DNA of 37,917 nucleotides from Rhodothermales bacterium. GTDB lineage: Bacteria; Bacteroidota; Rhodothermia; Rhodothermales; VXPQ01. Under the pieces are notes generated by a model, which worked only from the letters and a program-made list of their open reading frames with translations, was not told the DNA's origin and searched no databases. The translations under genes were made by a program, and so were the position numbers. Location: positions 1 through 37,917 of the forward strand of contig JBBDTI010000044.1 of the NCBI GenBank assembly GCA_040904565.1. Reading direction: 5' to 3'. Positions 16,924-26,734 of the stretch are shown in pieces (position 1 is the stretch's first letter; each line of letters begins with the position of its first letter).

Positions 16924-19092
16924 CTAATCGACGGGCTTCTGCTGCGTCCCACTCGAGGTGCTCTCGTCGACCTCTTCGGAGGCCGCACCATCGTCCGACA
17001 CGTCCCCAAGACCGTTGGACGCTGCCATGGACGTGCCATCCGATACCTCATCGGACGTATTGTCGGACGTATTATCGGACGTGCCGCCGGAAGTACCATC
17101 GGCAGACATGTTGCCGGAAGCACTATCGGACGTGCCGCCGGAAGTACCATTAGACGTGTCGTTCGACGTGTCTACGAAATCGGGCTCGGCCGCCTCGCGG
17201 TCGAGACCCAGGATCTTCAGCACCTCGGCCCCGGGCATCTCCTCGCGTTCGAGGAGCCGCTCGGCCATCTCGTCGAGCGCTGAACGGTACTCGGTGAGGG
17301 TCTCCACCGCCCTCGCGTACGCTCTGTCGATGATCTTCTCGATCTCCCCGTCGACCGACCGCGCCGTGTCTTCACTGTATTCGCGCCGCTGGGAGATTTC
17401 CTCGCCGAGAAAGACCTGTTCGCGCCGCCCGCCGAAGGCGATGTTCTTGAATCGGTCGCTCATTCCCCAGTCCAGCACCATCTTTCGTGCCAACTGAATA
17501 ACCTGCTTGAGATCGTTCTCGGCACCGCTCGTAGCCGTGTCGAAGATCAGATCCTCGGCCGCGCGTCCTCCCATCATAACGGCCAACCGATCGAGCATAT
17601 ATTCGCGCCGATAGATGTATTTGTCCTTCTCGGGAAGCTGCTGGGTCACTCCCATCGCACGACCACGGGGAATGATGGTGACCTTGTGGACGGGGTCGGC
17701 GTACTTCAGGACGGCCGCCACGAGGGCGTGGCCGGCTTCGTGATAGGCGAGCATGCGCCGCTCCTCGTCGTTCAGAACGAGCCCCTTTCTCTCAAGACCC
17801 ATCATGATTTTGTCGATGGCTTCGTCGACGTCTCCCGACATGATCTCGTCGTGATTCGCACGCACGGCGTGGAGCGCGGCTTCGTTGAGCAGATTCTCGA
17901 GATCGGCACCACTGAAACCAGGCGTGCTGCGCGCGATCTCGTCGATATTTACGTCGTCAGCCAGCGGCTTCTCCCGGGCGTGAATCTTGAGGATTTCCGC
18001 CCGGTCGCTCTGTGTGGGGAGATCGACCGTCACCCGGCGGTCGAAACGTCCGGGCCGGAGAAGTGCGGAGTCGAGGATGTCAGGCCGGTTCGTAGCTGCC
18101 ATGACGATGACGTCTTCCGTGGGCTCGAATCCGTCCAGCTCCGCCAGCAGCTGGTTCAGCGTCTGTTCCCGCTCGTCGTGTCCACCGCCCAAACCCGCGC
18201 CTCGCTGCCGTCCGATAGAGTCGAGTTCGTCGATGAAAATGATGGCGGGAGAGGCCTCCTTGGCATCCTTGAACAGATCGCGGACGCGGGAGGCACCCAC
18301 ACCGACAAACATCTCCATGAAGTCGGAGCCCGTGATACTGAAAAACGGAACTTCCGCCTCCCCGGCTACGGCGCGCGCAAGCAAGGTTTTGCCCGTCCCG
18401 GGAGGGCCGACCAGCAGAACGCCTTTCGGAACCTTGCCGCCGAGGCGGTGAATCGATTCCGGCTTCGTCAGATAGGCTACGATCTCTTTGAGCTCTTCCT
18501 TGGCGGATTCACAGCCGGCGACGTCGTCGAACGTCGTCTTCGCATCCTCCTGATCGTAGAGCTTGGCCTGGCTCTTCTTGATGGAAAAGAGACCCTGACC
18601 CTGGTTCTGCATCCGGCTGAAGAAGGCGTAGCCGAGCATCAGAAAGAGGATAAACGGGAGTCCCATCAGGAGAAACGGCCACCAGCTGAAATCGCTCTGG
18701 GGCTGCGTCTCGACCTCCACGCCCTGGTCTTCCAGCATGGTAAGGAGGTCCTCGTCACCGAACGAGGGTACGTGCGTTAGAAACTCCGTGAACTGCACCG
18801 TGTCCCCGCGTTCCGTCACGCTCGTTGACGGCGTATTCAGCACACCCTCGATGCGCGAACCCGTCACGGTCACCTGCTCGACGTTACCCAGTCGGATCTG
18901 CCGGCGAAATTCGCTGTAGTTCACCTGGGTGAGGTTGCTCGGGTTCAGCAGGCTCCAGGCCCAGAAGAGCGCGAGCGCCAGCAGCACGAACCAGAGGACC
19001 ATGCTGCTCCTCCGCCCATCCTGATTGGAGCCCATGCCGGGAAGCCGGGGTCTCCCCTCTCCTTTATCCTTTTTCTCGTTCTGTGCAGTCAC
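16924..19092 (-). CDS. ftsH: ATP-dependent zinc metalloprotease FtsH with long acidic Ser/Thr/Asp tail
   Basis: Two TM segments, [30 protein letters not shown]...RPGRFDR, HEAGH. Start GTG 19092 or ATG 19035. Confidence 0.97.
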   Translation of the reverse strand: MTAQNEKKDKGEGRPRLPGMGSNQDGRRSSMVLWFVLLALALFWAWSLLNPSNLTQVNYSEFRRQIRLGNVEQVTVTGSRIEGVLNTPSTSVTERGDTVQFTEFLTHVPSFGDEDLLTMLEDQGVEVETQPQSDFSWWPFLLMGLPFILFLMLGYAFFSRMQNQGQGLFSIKKSQAKLYDQEDAKTTFDDVAGCESAKEELKEIVAYLTKPESIHRLGGKVPKGVLLVGPPGTGKTLLARAVAGEAEVPFFSITGSDFMEMFVGVGASRVRDLFKDAKEASPAIIFIDELDSIGRQRGAGLGGGHDEREQTLNQLLAELDGFEPTEDVIVMAATNRPDILDSALLRPGRFDRRVTVDLPTQSDRAEILKIHAREKPLADDVNIDEIARSTPGFSGADLENLLNEAALHAVRANHDEIMSGDVDEAIDKIMMGLERKGLVLNDEERRMLAYHEAGHALVAAVLKYADPVHKVTIIPRGRAMGVTQQLPEKDKYIYRREYMLDRLAVMMGGRAAEDLIFDTATSGAENDLKQVIQLARKMVLDWGMSDRFKNIAFGGRREQVFLGEEISQRREYSEDTARSVDGEIEKIIDRAYARAVETLTEYRSALDEMAERLLEREEMPGAEVLKILGLDREAAEPDFVDTSNDTSNGTSGGTSDSASGNMSADGTSGGTSDNTSDNTSDEVSDGTSMAASNGLGDVSDDGAASEEVDESTSSGTQQKPVD
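17030..17172. repeat. Degenerate 12-bp coding repeats in ftsH tail, including an exact 27-bp duplication
   Basis: tatcggacgtgccgccggaagtaccat at 17073-17099 and 17124-17150; encodes xTSx tetrapeptides. Confidence 0.85.
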
Positions 19093-19205
19093 TTGACATC
19101 ATGGCTATCCGGAATATCGTCAATGCTTCTATGCCGGAGGCCCCCCGCCGTTCACCACGTACCCCGCAGGATACACGATCGTAGGGATTGAAGGGCCGCG
19201 GACGG

Positions 19206-20141
19206 TCAGTACCCCAGGCCGCGATCAACGACGTTGAGCAGGTCTTCACCGTTCGCCCGTCTCTCCAGGTTCTGGAGGAAGAGATCGGCCACGCGTTCCT
19301 CCTCGCGCGGACTCGACCCTCCACGATGCGGGGTGAGAACGACGTTGGGAAGGTCCCAGAGCGGACTCTCCGGAGGCAGCGGCTCTTCTTCGAAGACGTC
19401 GAGTCCGGCTCCCGCCAGCCGGCCCTCCTTCAGCGCATCAACGAGCGCCCCTTCGTCGACCGTCGTTCCGCGACCCACGTTGTAGAAATAAGCGGATGGT
19501 TTCATGCCCGCCAGCGCGGCGGCGTCGATCAGATGATGGGTCGCCTCCGTCGCGGGAAGGACGTTGACCACGTGGTCGCTCTCCTGTAGGAGCTCGTACA
19601 GGCCATCCGGCCCGTACACCGCGTCTACGTAGTCGGGGGGATTCCCCGGTCGACGGCGCAGTGCGACGACCCGCATCCCGAAGGCGTCCGCGCGCCGCGC
19701 GATGGACGAGCCGATGTCTCCCAGGCCAAGGATTCCGCACGTCCTGCCGTACAGCTCGTCGTACTGCAGCGGCCGCTGCCAGCGCTTCTCACCGGCCGCT
19801 CTCACGGCATCCGGTATGCCTCGAACCATCGCCAGCATCATGGCCACGGCATGCTCCGAAGTCGGAACCCCGTAGACGCCGTTTGCCGCCGTCAGAACGA
19901 CTTCGTCACGCAGCACGTCTACGTACGCGTCAGCTCCCGCGCTGGAGAGCTGCAGCCAGGACAGGGCTCCGGCCCGATCGAGATCCTCAACGACGGGGCG
20001 ACCGACGATGACGTCCGCCTTCCGGAGGGCATCGTCGTATGCGTCATCGCCCGGTTCCGTAAGAACGACCTGTTCGTCCGGCACGACCTCTCGTATGCGC
20101 CGCGCGAAATCAGAGGGGGGATCGAAGAGCGCCAGTATCAT
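19206..20141 (-). CDS. D-2-hydroxyacid dehydrogenase family protein
   Basis: GILGLGDIG, NVGRG, LDVFEEEPLP, LTPH motifs. Confidence 0.93.
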   Translation of the reverse strand: MILALFDPPSDFARRIREVVPDEQVVLTEPGDDAYDDALRKADVIVGRPVVEDLDRAGALSWLQLSSAGADAYVDVLRDEVVLTAANGVYGVPTSEHAVAMMLAMVRGIPDAVRAAGEKRWQRPLQYDELYGRTCGILGLGDIGSSIARRADAFGMRVVALRRRPGNPPDYVDAVYGPDGLYELLQESDHVVNVLPATEATHHLIDAAALAGMKPSAYFYNVGRGTTVDEGALVDALKEGRLAGAGLDVFEEEPLPPESPLWDLPNVVLTPHRGGSSPREEERVADLFLQNLERRANGEDLLNVVDRGLGY

Positions 20142-20527
20142 GTGTTTTCTACGTTGATGACCAACTCGTCGGGCAGATCGTTTCGCTGTTCGTTCGGATT
20201 AATAAGCGCCCCCGTCAGCGGCATCTCGAACCCCGTAAGAAACGGAGCCAGCGTGGAGAAGAAAAATTCCTGCTGAAACTCGTAGAAATCCGCATCGAAC
20301 CCGGCCTGATCGCCATCGTGCCCGACGATGTCGACGTACATTACCCGCGGCCAGTCCGGAAACTCTTCCTGCGCTTTCCGCACGTAATCGAATACCTTGC
20401 CCGCCGCATCCTCGAAGCGGTCATCCGCCCGCACCACGTGATAGATGGATACGGTGTTGTCGAAATTCATCCAGATGCCCTCGGCATCCGGCTTGTTATA
20501 CTCGGGAACGACGGGCGGTTCAGACAT
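20138..20527 (-). CDS. Hypothetical acidic protein
   Basis: ORF with codon style like its neighbours; ATGA overlap with the downstream dehydrogenase start. Confidence 0.8.
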   Translation of the reverse strand: MSEPPVVPEYNKPDAEGIWMNFDNTVSIYHVVRADDRFEDAAGKVFDYVRKAQEEFPDWPRVMYVDIVGHDGDQAGFDADFYEFQQEFFFSTLAPFLTGFEMPLTGALINPNEQRNDLPDELVINVENT

Positions 20528-20711
20528 CACACGGGAAGGGCTGGGAGAAGAAGCACGTCATTGATTCCGGATACGGCAGGTCAATGTTTCCCGTTAACGG
20601 TGATTTCGCGGGCGACGGCCGGAACCGCCGGTACGCTGCCCGGCCGTGTACGTCACGTTGCTCTACTACGATATGTCGTATACGATATGCCGTACGCCCG
20701 GCCCCGGCATC

Positions 20712-21293
20712 CTATTCGCCGGTAATCGACGCACCGGTATACACCGTATGCGAAGCCGACTCGAAGGGATCCAGTTCGTCCAGATCCAGCCGCGAGGCCG
20801 TGCGAATGCAGAATTCGGCGGCGGGGCCCAGCACCAGCTGCCGCTGCCACACGCCCGTCTCGACGCCGGACGAGGCGCGGAGCGTATCGTAGAAGCTCTC
20901 GTAGTCCATCCCGCCCGGCTTCGAGATCCAGTACGTGAAATGTCCCGCCGTGGTCGCATCGTCTCCGCGTGACGCGTACACGCCCCCGGCACCCCAGCTC
21001 GAGGCGCGTGCCGCCGCATCGTGGCTGGGCCGCCGGGAGCCTGAGACGGCGGCGGCGTTCAGCGTTCCCAGCGCGGCGAAGGAATCGACGAGGTACCAGT
21101 CCTCATACACAAACATGCTGGGTGGGGCCCACGGGAGAGCGTAGTGCCTGTAGACGGCCGACATCCGCAAGCCCTGAGGCGGTGTCTCGTGCGGTGCCTC
21201 GTGCAGTGCCCCGTGGAAAGCGATGAGCGCGTCTTCATACGCATCGGGATCGGTCCCCTCCCGCGGTGCGTGCCAGAATACGTACGCAAGCAT
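20712..21293 (-). CDS. Hypothetical protein (MLAYVFWH..., YEDWYLV, WQRQLVLGPAAEFC)
   Basis: ATG 21293 with strong ggagg RBS, 17 bp after the bstA-like stop. Confidence 0.8.
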   Translation of the reverse strand: MLAYVFWHAPREGTDPDAYEDALIAFHGALHEAPHETPPQGLRMSAVYRHYALPWAPPSMFVYEDWYLVDSFAALGTLNAAAVSGSRRPSHDAAARASSWGAGGVYASRGDDATTAGHFTYWISKPGGMDYESFYDTLRASSGVETGVWQRQLVLGPAAEFCIRTASRLDLDELDPFESASHTVYTGASITGE

Positions 21294-21310
21294 GGTCGAA
21301 CCTCCACCTC

Positions 21311-21838
21311 TCACCATCCCCTGCGTTCTCGAAGCCCGGTGATGTGCGCGAGATGGTGCCGGCCGTGCCAGGCATACAGGCCCAGGGCCCTCGACAGCGG
21401 AACGGTGCCGCCGTCCGGATGCTCGTACGCGCGGCTCCATTCCTCCTCGGAAATCGCGCGCAGCAGATACACCCACCGTTCATGCAGCACGCGCGTGAGC
21501 GCCATAGACAATGCTATCGGGCCCGATCGGGCATCCGACAGCTCCGCCCAGCGATCTTCCTTGTACGGCTTGATGCGAGGCGTATCCTCGGTCAGCGTGA
21601 GCCGGAAGCGTACGTAGGCATTGATGTGGCTGTCCGGAATGTGGTGCACGACCTGGCGGACCGTCCACCCGCCCTCACGATAAGGCGTGTCGAGCTGTGT
21701 CTCGTCGAGCTCACGTACGGCGCGATCCAGCATGATGGGCAGATCGGCGATCTGTTGGATCCACGCATGCCGGTCGTCGGCGGAGATGGACGTCGGAGGC
21801 TTGTACTTTCCTATCGGATACCGTGACGCGTCGGACAT
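21311..21838 (-). CDS. bstA: YfiT/BstA bacillithiol transferase-like protein (DinB superfamily)
   Basis: RYPIG, LDTPYREGGWTVRQVVHHIPDSH, YAWHGRHHLAHI. Confidence 0.92.
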   Translation of the reverse strand: MSDASRYPIGKYKPPTSISADDRHAWIQQIADLPIMLDRAVRELDETQLDTPYREGGWTVRQVVHHIPDSHINAYVRFRLTLTEDTPRIKPYKEDRWAELSDARSGPIALSMALTRVLHERWVYLLRAISEEEWSRAYEHPDGGTVPLSRALGLYAWHGRHHLAHITGLRERRGW

Positions 21839-21970
21839 GGCAGAAAGACATTGGCGAAGGGCGCTCAAAGGGCCGTTGATAAACTCCGCAGCTCGGCAAA
21901 TGTTGGGTTCTTCAACAGGCCTTTAACTGCTACCATAATACGACGCGGAGCGATACTTCGTCGAATCGTC

Positions 21971-24943
21971 CTATCCGACGACCTCCTCTTCCTCTTCGAT
22001 CAGCTCTTCCTCGTCCGCTTCATCGTCCGCTTCGTCGGAGGTCATCTCGTCGAGATCCACGTCGTCCTCCTCGTCGTCTTCCACTTCGTCGCCCGCCGAC
22101 GCGGATGAGAAGCGGCGCAGCTCCTCCAGCAGAAAGCGCGCCGTATAGGTGTCCTGCTCGACCAGCTCCTCCGGCGTTCCGGAAAACAGGATGCGCCCCC
22201 CTCCTGCACCGCCATCCGGCCCGAGGTCCACAATCCAGTCGGCCACCTTGACCACGTCCATGTTGTGCTCGATGACGACGACCGTATTGCCCTTCTTCAC
22301 GAGGGCCCGAAGCACGCTCAGGAGGTGCCGGATGTCTTCGAAGTGCAGCCCGGTGGTGGGTTCGTCCAGGATATAGAGCGTCTGTCCGGTCCCGGGACGC
22401 GAGAGCTCCTTGGCAAGCTTAACGCGCTGTGCCTCGCCGCCGGAGAGCGTCGTCGACTGCTGCCCGAGGCGAATATATCCGAGTCCGACAGAGTTCAGCG
22501 TACGCAGCTTGCGCTCGATCCTCGGAACGTTCTCGAAAAACTTCAACGCTTCCGATACGGTCATCTCGAGCACATCCGCGATCGTCTTACCCTTGAAACG
22601 GACCTCGAGCGTCTCCGGATTGTATCGCTTGCCGTTGCACGTGTCGCACTCCACGTACACGTCCGGCAAGAAGTTCATCTCCAGCTTGACGATGCCCGCC
22701 CCCTTACATTTTTCGCAGCGCCCCCCTTTCGTGTTGAAGGAGAATCGCCCCTTGTCATAGCCGCGAATCTTCGATTCCGGGAGCCTGGCGAAGAGGTCGC
22801 GTATCGGCGTGAAAAGACTCGTATACGTGGCCGGATTCGAGCGCGGCGTGCGGCCGATCGGACTCTGGTCGATGTCGATCACTTTGTCGATGTGCTCCTC
22901 CCCTTCGATACGATCGAACGGCAGCGGCACCATTTTGGCGTTGTGAAACCGCTTGGCGAGAATGGGGTAAAGCGTCTGGTTGATCAGGCTGGACTTACCG
23001 GAGCCGGAGACGCCCGTCACGCAGATGAAGGTGCCGAGGGGGAGCTCGACCGGATCACCCTTCAGGTTGTGTCCCGTGGCGCCGCGAAGTACGAGCCGCT
23101 TTCCGCTTCCGCGTCGCCGCTCTCCGGGTACCTTGATCTTCTTATCTCCCCGCAGGTAGGCGGCCGTCAGGCTCTCGAAGCCGTTCCGACGCGCGGGAAG
23201 ATCAGACGGCGTTGTCGCCCCAACGACGTGTCCTCCGTACTCACCGGCCCCGGGCCCCAGATCGACGACGTAGTCCGCCGCCTCTATCATCTCGCGATCG
23301 TGTTCGACGACGATCACCGAATTCCCCAGGTCTCGAAGTGACTTCAGCGATGCTATCAGCCGACCATTGTCCCGCGGGTGGAGTCCGATCGACGGCTCGT
23401 CGAGCACGTAGAGGACCCCCGTCAGCTGCGTGCCGATCTGCGTGGCCAACCGGATCCGCTGACTTTCGCCTCCGGATAGCGTCCGCGCCGGACGGTCGAG
23501 ATTGAGGTAGTCGACCCCTACGTTCACGAGGAAGTCGAGCCGCTCCTTGATTTCCTTGATAATGGGCGAGCCGATGATGGCCTGGCGATCCTCCAGCTCG
23601 ATATCCCCGAAGAAATCGCGCAGCGACACGAAGTCCATCTGCACGAGCTCGGCGATGTTCTTTCCACCTATCCGATACGACAGGCTCTCCTTCTTCAGCC
23701 GGCCGCCGTTGCACTCGCTGCAGGGCATCTCGCGCATGAACGACTCAGCCCACTTCCGCTGCGAGCTGGAGGAGGTGTTGTCGTAGGTGTGCTGGACGTG
23801 CTCGTAGATTCCCCCGAACCGGTGTTTGTAGCGCACCTCGCGGTCCTTGTACGTATAGACGATATCGAACTGCTCCTCGCCCGCCCCGAAAAGGATGACC
23901 TCCCGCTGCTCGTCGGTGAGATCCTCGATGGGCGTCTTGAAATCGAAGTCGTAGACCTCGGCCACGGCCCGGAGCTGGCTGAAGATCCAGATGTCGCGCG
24001 GCTTTCCGAGCGGCGCGATCGCTCCCTGGGCGATCGTTCGCGACGCGTCGGGTATGATGAGCTCCGGATCCAACTCCTGCCGCGTGCCCAGTCCGTTGCA
24101 CTGCGGACACGATCCGTAGGGCGTGTTGAAGGAGAAGGTGTTGGGGGATGGGTCGTCGTAGGAGATGCCGTCTTCCGGACTGAACAGGTGGCGGCTGAAG
24201 AGATGGTCGCCTTTGAGCTCGCCGTCGTCGAGGACGTGGGCGATCAGCGCCCCTCCTCCCATTCCTAACGCCGTTTCGACCGACTGCGCCACACGCGATC
24301 GAATGCCGTCCTTCACGACGATCCGGTCGACGACGACCTCGATGTCGTGCGTCTTGTAACGATCGACCTTCATCCCCTCCTCGATCTCCCGGATGTCGCC
24401 GTCCACCCGCACGCGCTGGAATCCCTGCCTGGCCATCTGCTCGAACAGCTCGCGATAGTGTCCCTTGCGCCCTTTGACGACGGGAGCCAGAAGGATCATC
24501 CGCGTGCTCTCGGGGAAACCGATCAGTCCGTCGATGATTTCGTCGTCGGACTGCTTCCGCATCGGCTTGCCGGAGACGTATGAATGCGCCGTGGCCGCCC
24601 GGGCGAAGAGCAGGCGCATGAAGTCGTAGATCTCCGTTACGGTGCCGACCGTCGAGCGGGGGTTCTTGCTGACCGTCTTCTGCTCGATGGCGATCACGGG
24701 CGACAGCCCGTCGATGAAGTCCACGTCCGGTCGCTCCATCATCCCGAGAAACTGCCGGGCATAGGCGCTGAGGCTTTCCATGTATCGCCGCTGGCCTTCC
24801 GCGTAAATCGTATCGAAGGCCAGGCTTGACTTCCCGGAACCGGACAGGCCCGTTATGACGACGAGCTGCTCACGGGGAATATCGATGTCAATGTTCTTGA
24901 GGTTGTGCTCTCGCGCCCCTCGGATCGTAATGCGATCGTCCAT
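21971..24943 (-). CDS. uvrA: Excinuclease ABC subunit A
   Basis: [19 protein letters not shown], two ABC modules with LSGGE, CxxC zinc fingers, [14 protein letters not shown]. Confidence 0.98.
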   Translation of the reverse strand: MDDRITIRGAREHNLKNIDIDIPREQLVVITGLSGSGKSSLAFDTIYAEGQRRYMESLSAYARQFLGMMERPDVDFIDGLSPVIAIEQKTVSKNPRSTVGTVTEIYDFMRLLFARAATAHSYVSGKPMRKQSDDEIIDGLIGFPESTRMILLAPVVKGRKGHYRELFEQMARQGFQRVRVDGDIREIEEGMKVDRYKTHDIEVVVDRIVVKDGIRSRVAQSVETALGMGGGALIAHVLDDGELKGDHLFSRHLFSPEDGISYDDPSPNTFSFNTPYGSCPQCNGLGTRQELDPELIIPDASRTIAQGAIAPLGKPRDIWIFSQLRAVAEVYDFDFKTPIEDLTDEQREVILFGAGEEQFDIVYTYKDREVRYKHRFGGIYEHVQHTYDNTSSSSQRKWAESFMREMPCSECNGGRLKKESLSYRIGGKNIAELVQMDFVSLRDFFGDIELEDRQAIIGSPIIKEIKERLDFLVNVGVDYLNLDRPARTLSGGESQRIRLATQIGTQLTGVLYVLDEPSIGLHPRDNGRLIASLKSLRDLGNSVIVVEHDREMIEAADYVVDLGPGAGEYGGHVVGATTPSDLPARRNGFESLTAAYLRGDKKIKVPGERRRGSGKRLVLRGATGHNLKGDPVELPLGTFICVTGVSGSGKSSLINQTLYPILAKRFHNAKMVPLPFDRIEGEEHIDKVIDIDQSPIGRTPRSNPATYTSLFTPIRDLFARLPESKIRGYDKGRFSFNTKGGRCEKCKGAGIVKLEMNFLPDVYVECDTCNGKRYNPETLEVRFKGKTIADVLEMTVSEALKFFENVPRIERKLRTLNSVGLGYIRLGQQSTTLSGGEAQRVKLAKELSRPGTGQTLYILDEPTTGLHFEDIRHLLSVLRALVKKGNTVVVIEHNMDVVKVADWIVDLGPDGGAGGGRILFSGTPEELVEQDTYTARFLLEELRRFSSASAGDEVEDDEEDDVDLDEMTSDEADDEADEEELIEEEEEVVG

Positions 24944-25104
24944 ACGAAAACTTTTACTTCCTCAGGTGCCGTCGGGCTGGAAGTTCGTTCGACGCGCACC
25001 CATCGCGTTTTCTATCATCCAGACCTGATCCAACCGGTGCCGTAACGAATCGTTTCTGGATGAAGGAAGGGGGAAGACGTGCCGAACGCATGGGATCGGC
25101 ACCG

Positions 25105-25165
25105 AAAAACAAGCGCGAGGTGCCGAGGCGGGTGATTCGGCATCGCCCGCCCGCGCACCTCGCGC
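25105..25165 (-). terminator. Intrinsic terminator after the MFS permease
   Basis: gcgcgaggtgc/gcacctcgcgc and ggcgggtgat/atcgcccgcc nested stems, followed on the minus strand by ttgttttt. Confidence 0.75.
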
Positions 25166-25191
25166 CGTCTAAAGAGAATCCGCCGTCTGAC

Positions 25192-26514
25192 CTATCCGCC
25201 GAGCACGTCCGCCGCCGTCATCTCGGCATCTTCGTCTTCCGGCAGCACCCGGTCGTCGAACATCAGCACGAAGAAGATCAGCACCGCCAGCGCAAATCCG
25301 GCCGGGTACATCCAGAACGTCTTCCAGAGCTCGGGCGACATCACCTCCGCTCCGGCCCTCAGCGCGTTGTTCAGCGCACCGATGATCTGCGCCCCGATGC
25401 CGAGACCCACGCCGTAGGTCACCAGCACGATGAAGCCCTGCGCCTGGGCGCGTATACCCGGCGTAGCCTTCTTGTCGACGTAGATCTGACCCGTGACGAA
25501 AAAGAAGTCGTAGCAGATGCCGTGCAGTATCACGCCCAGCGCGATCATCCAGAACACGGAGGCCGGAGCACCCAGAGCGAAAAGCACGAAGCGTATCACC
25601 CACGCGGCCATTCCGGCTGCCAGCATCCACTTCACGCCGAGGCGCACGAAGAAGAACGGCATCAAGAGCATGAAGATGACCTCGGACATCTGGCCGAGCG
25701 ACATGAGTCCGGCCGGACTCGTAAAGACGTCGTTGAGGATCCAGCCCGCGAGCCCGGTCGCCGCTTCCGTTCCGCCGGCGTACAGCGACCCGTTCACGAA
25801 GATTGGCGCGAAATTATAGTACGCCGCCAGCGGGATGCTGATGAGCATCGAAGCGGCGATAAACACGTAGAACGACTTGCTCCCAAGCGCCTTCAGCGCA
25901 TCGATGCCCACGATGCTGCGGAGCGACACTTTCTCGCCCTTTGCCGGAGGCGGGGTATGCGGCAGCGTAAAGCTGTAGAGCCCGAGCGCAATGCTCGCGA
26001 TAGCCGTCGTATAGAGCGGCCACGCCGTCTCGTCCGGGACCTGATCGCCCACGAAGAGTCCCAGCACGCTGGCGATGAACAATCCCGCCACGATCCAGCC
26101 TATCGTCCCGAAGACGCGAATTTTCGGAAACTGCTTCTCCTGATCCTCGATGTGGCTGAATGCCAGGGAATTGGCCAGCGCCATCGTCGGCATGTAGCAG
26201 ATGTTGTACGCCAGAAGAAGAAGGATGAACAGTGTCGGATTCCCCGTCAGGGCGGGCACGAAAAACATCAACACCCCGCCTATCAGGTGCAGCGTGCCCA
26301 GCACCTTCTCCGTCGGAAAGAAACGGTCGGCGATGAGACCGAGAAAAAACGGCGCGATGATGGCCGCGATCGGATTGACCGTGTAGGGCCAGTGCGTCAG
26401 ATCGGACATCCCGTGCGCGATCATGTAGTTGCCGATGGTCACGTACCATGCTCCCCAGATGAAGAACTCCAGGAACATCATCGCGCTCAGCCGCGCCGTC
26501 ATCGCTCGAATCAT
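25192..26514 (-). CDS. Nucleoside:H+ symporter family MFS permease (NupG/XapB/YegT-like)
   Basis: RLSAMMFLEFFIWGAW, ADRFF, IRVFGTIGWI, GQMSE, LHGICYDFFFVTGQIYVD. Start 26514 or 26502. Confidence 0.92.
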   Translation of the reverse strand: MIRAMTARLSAMMFLEFFIWGAWYVTIGNYMIAHGMSDLTHWPYTVNPIAAIIAPFFLGLIADRFFPTEKVLGTLHLIGGVLMFFVPALTGNPTLFILLLLAYNICYMPTMALANSLAFSHIEDQEKQFPKIRVFGTIGWIVAGLFIASVLGLFVGDQVPDETAWPLYTTAIASIALGLYSFTLPHTPPPAKGEKVSLRSIVGIDALKALGSKSFYVFIAASMLISIPLAAYYNFAPIFVNGSLYAGGTEAATGLAGWILNDVFTSPAGLMSLGQMSEVIFMLLMPFFFVRLGVKWMLAAGMAAWVIRFVLFALGAPASVFWMIALGVILHGICYDFFFVTGQIYVDKKATPGIRAQAQGFIVLVTYGVGLGIGAQIIGALNNALRAGAEVMSPELWKTFWMYPAGFALAVLIFFVLMFDDRVLPEDEDAEMTAADVLGG

Positions 26515-26568
26515 GATCGGTGTATCGGGTTGATCGTCACCTGATGAGAATGCAATGCCGTTGCCGAC

Positions 26569-26595
26569 ATACTTTTGCGAAAGTAAAGAAAGTAT
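26569..26595. promoter_or_regulatory. AT-rich palindrome, candidate repressor site
   Basis: atacttt-N13-aaagtat with nested tacttt-tgcg-aaagta, between the divergent permease and sulfatase. Confidence 0.4.
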
Positions 26596-26734
26596 CAATC
26601 ATCAACCAGCCGCTTCATGATTGCAGAATGCGGCTCGTACCATACCGGCGGCATCGACCTGCGCTTCGCCGTATATTCGGTTAGCCGTTAATTGAAGCGT
26701 GCGACGACCTTTCCGCCGATCCATCGACCATCAT

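Noticed and set aside
17073-17150. 27-bp direct repeat with 24-bp gap as mini-CRISPR
   Set aside because: Only two copies, in frame within the ftsH tail, and the gap is made of similar units.
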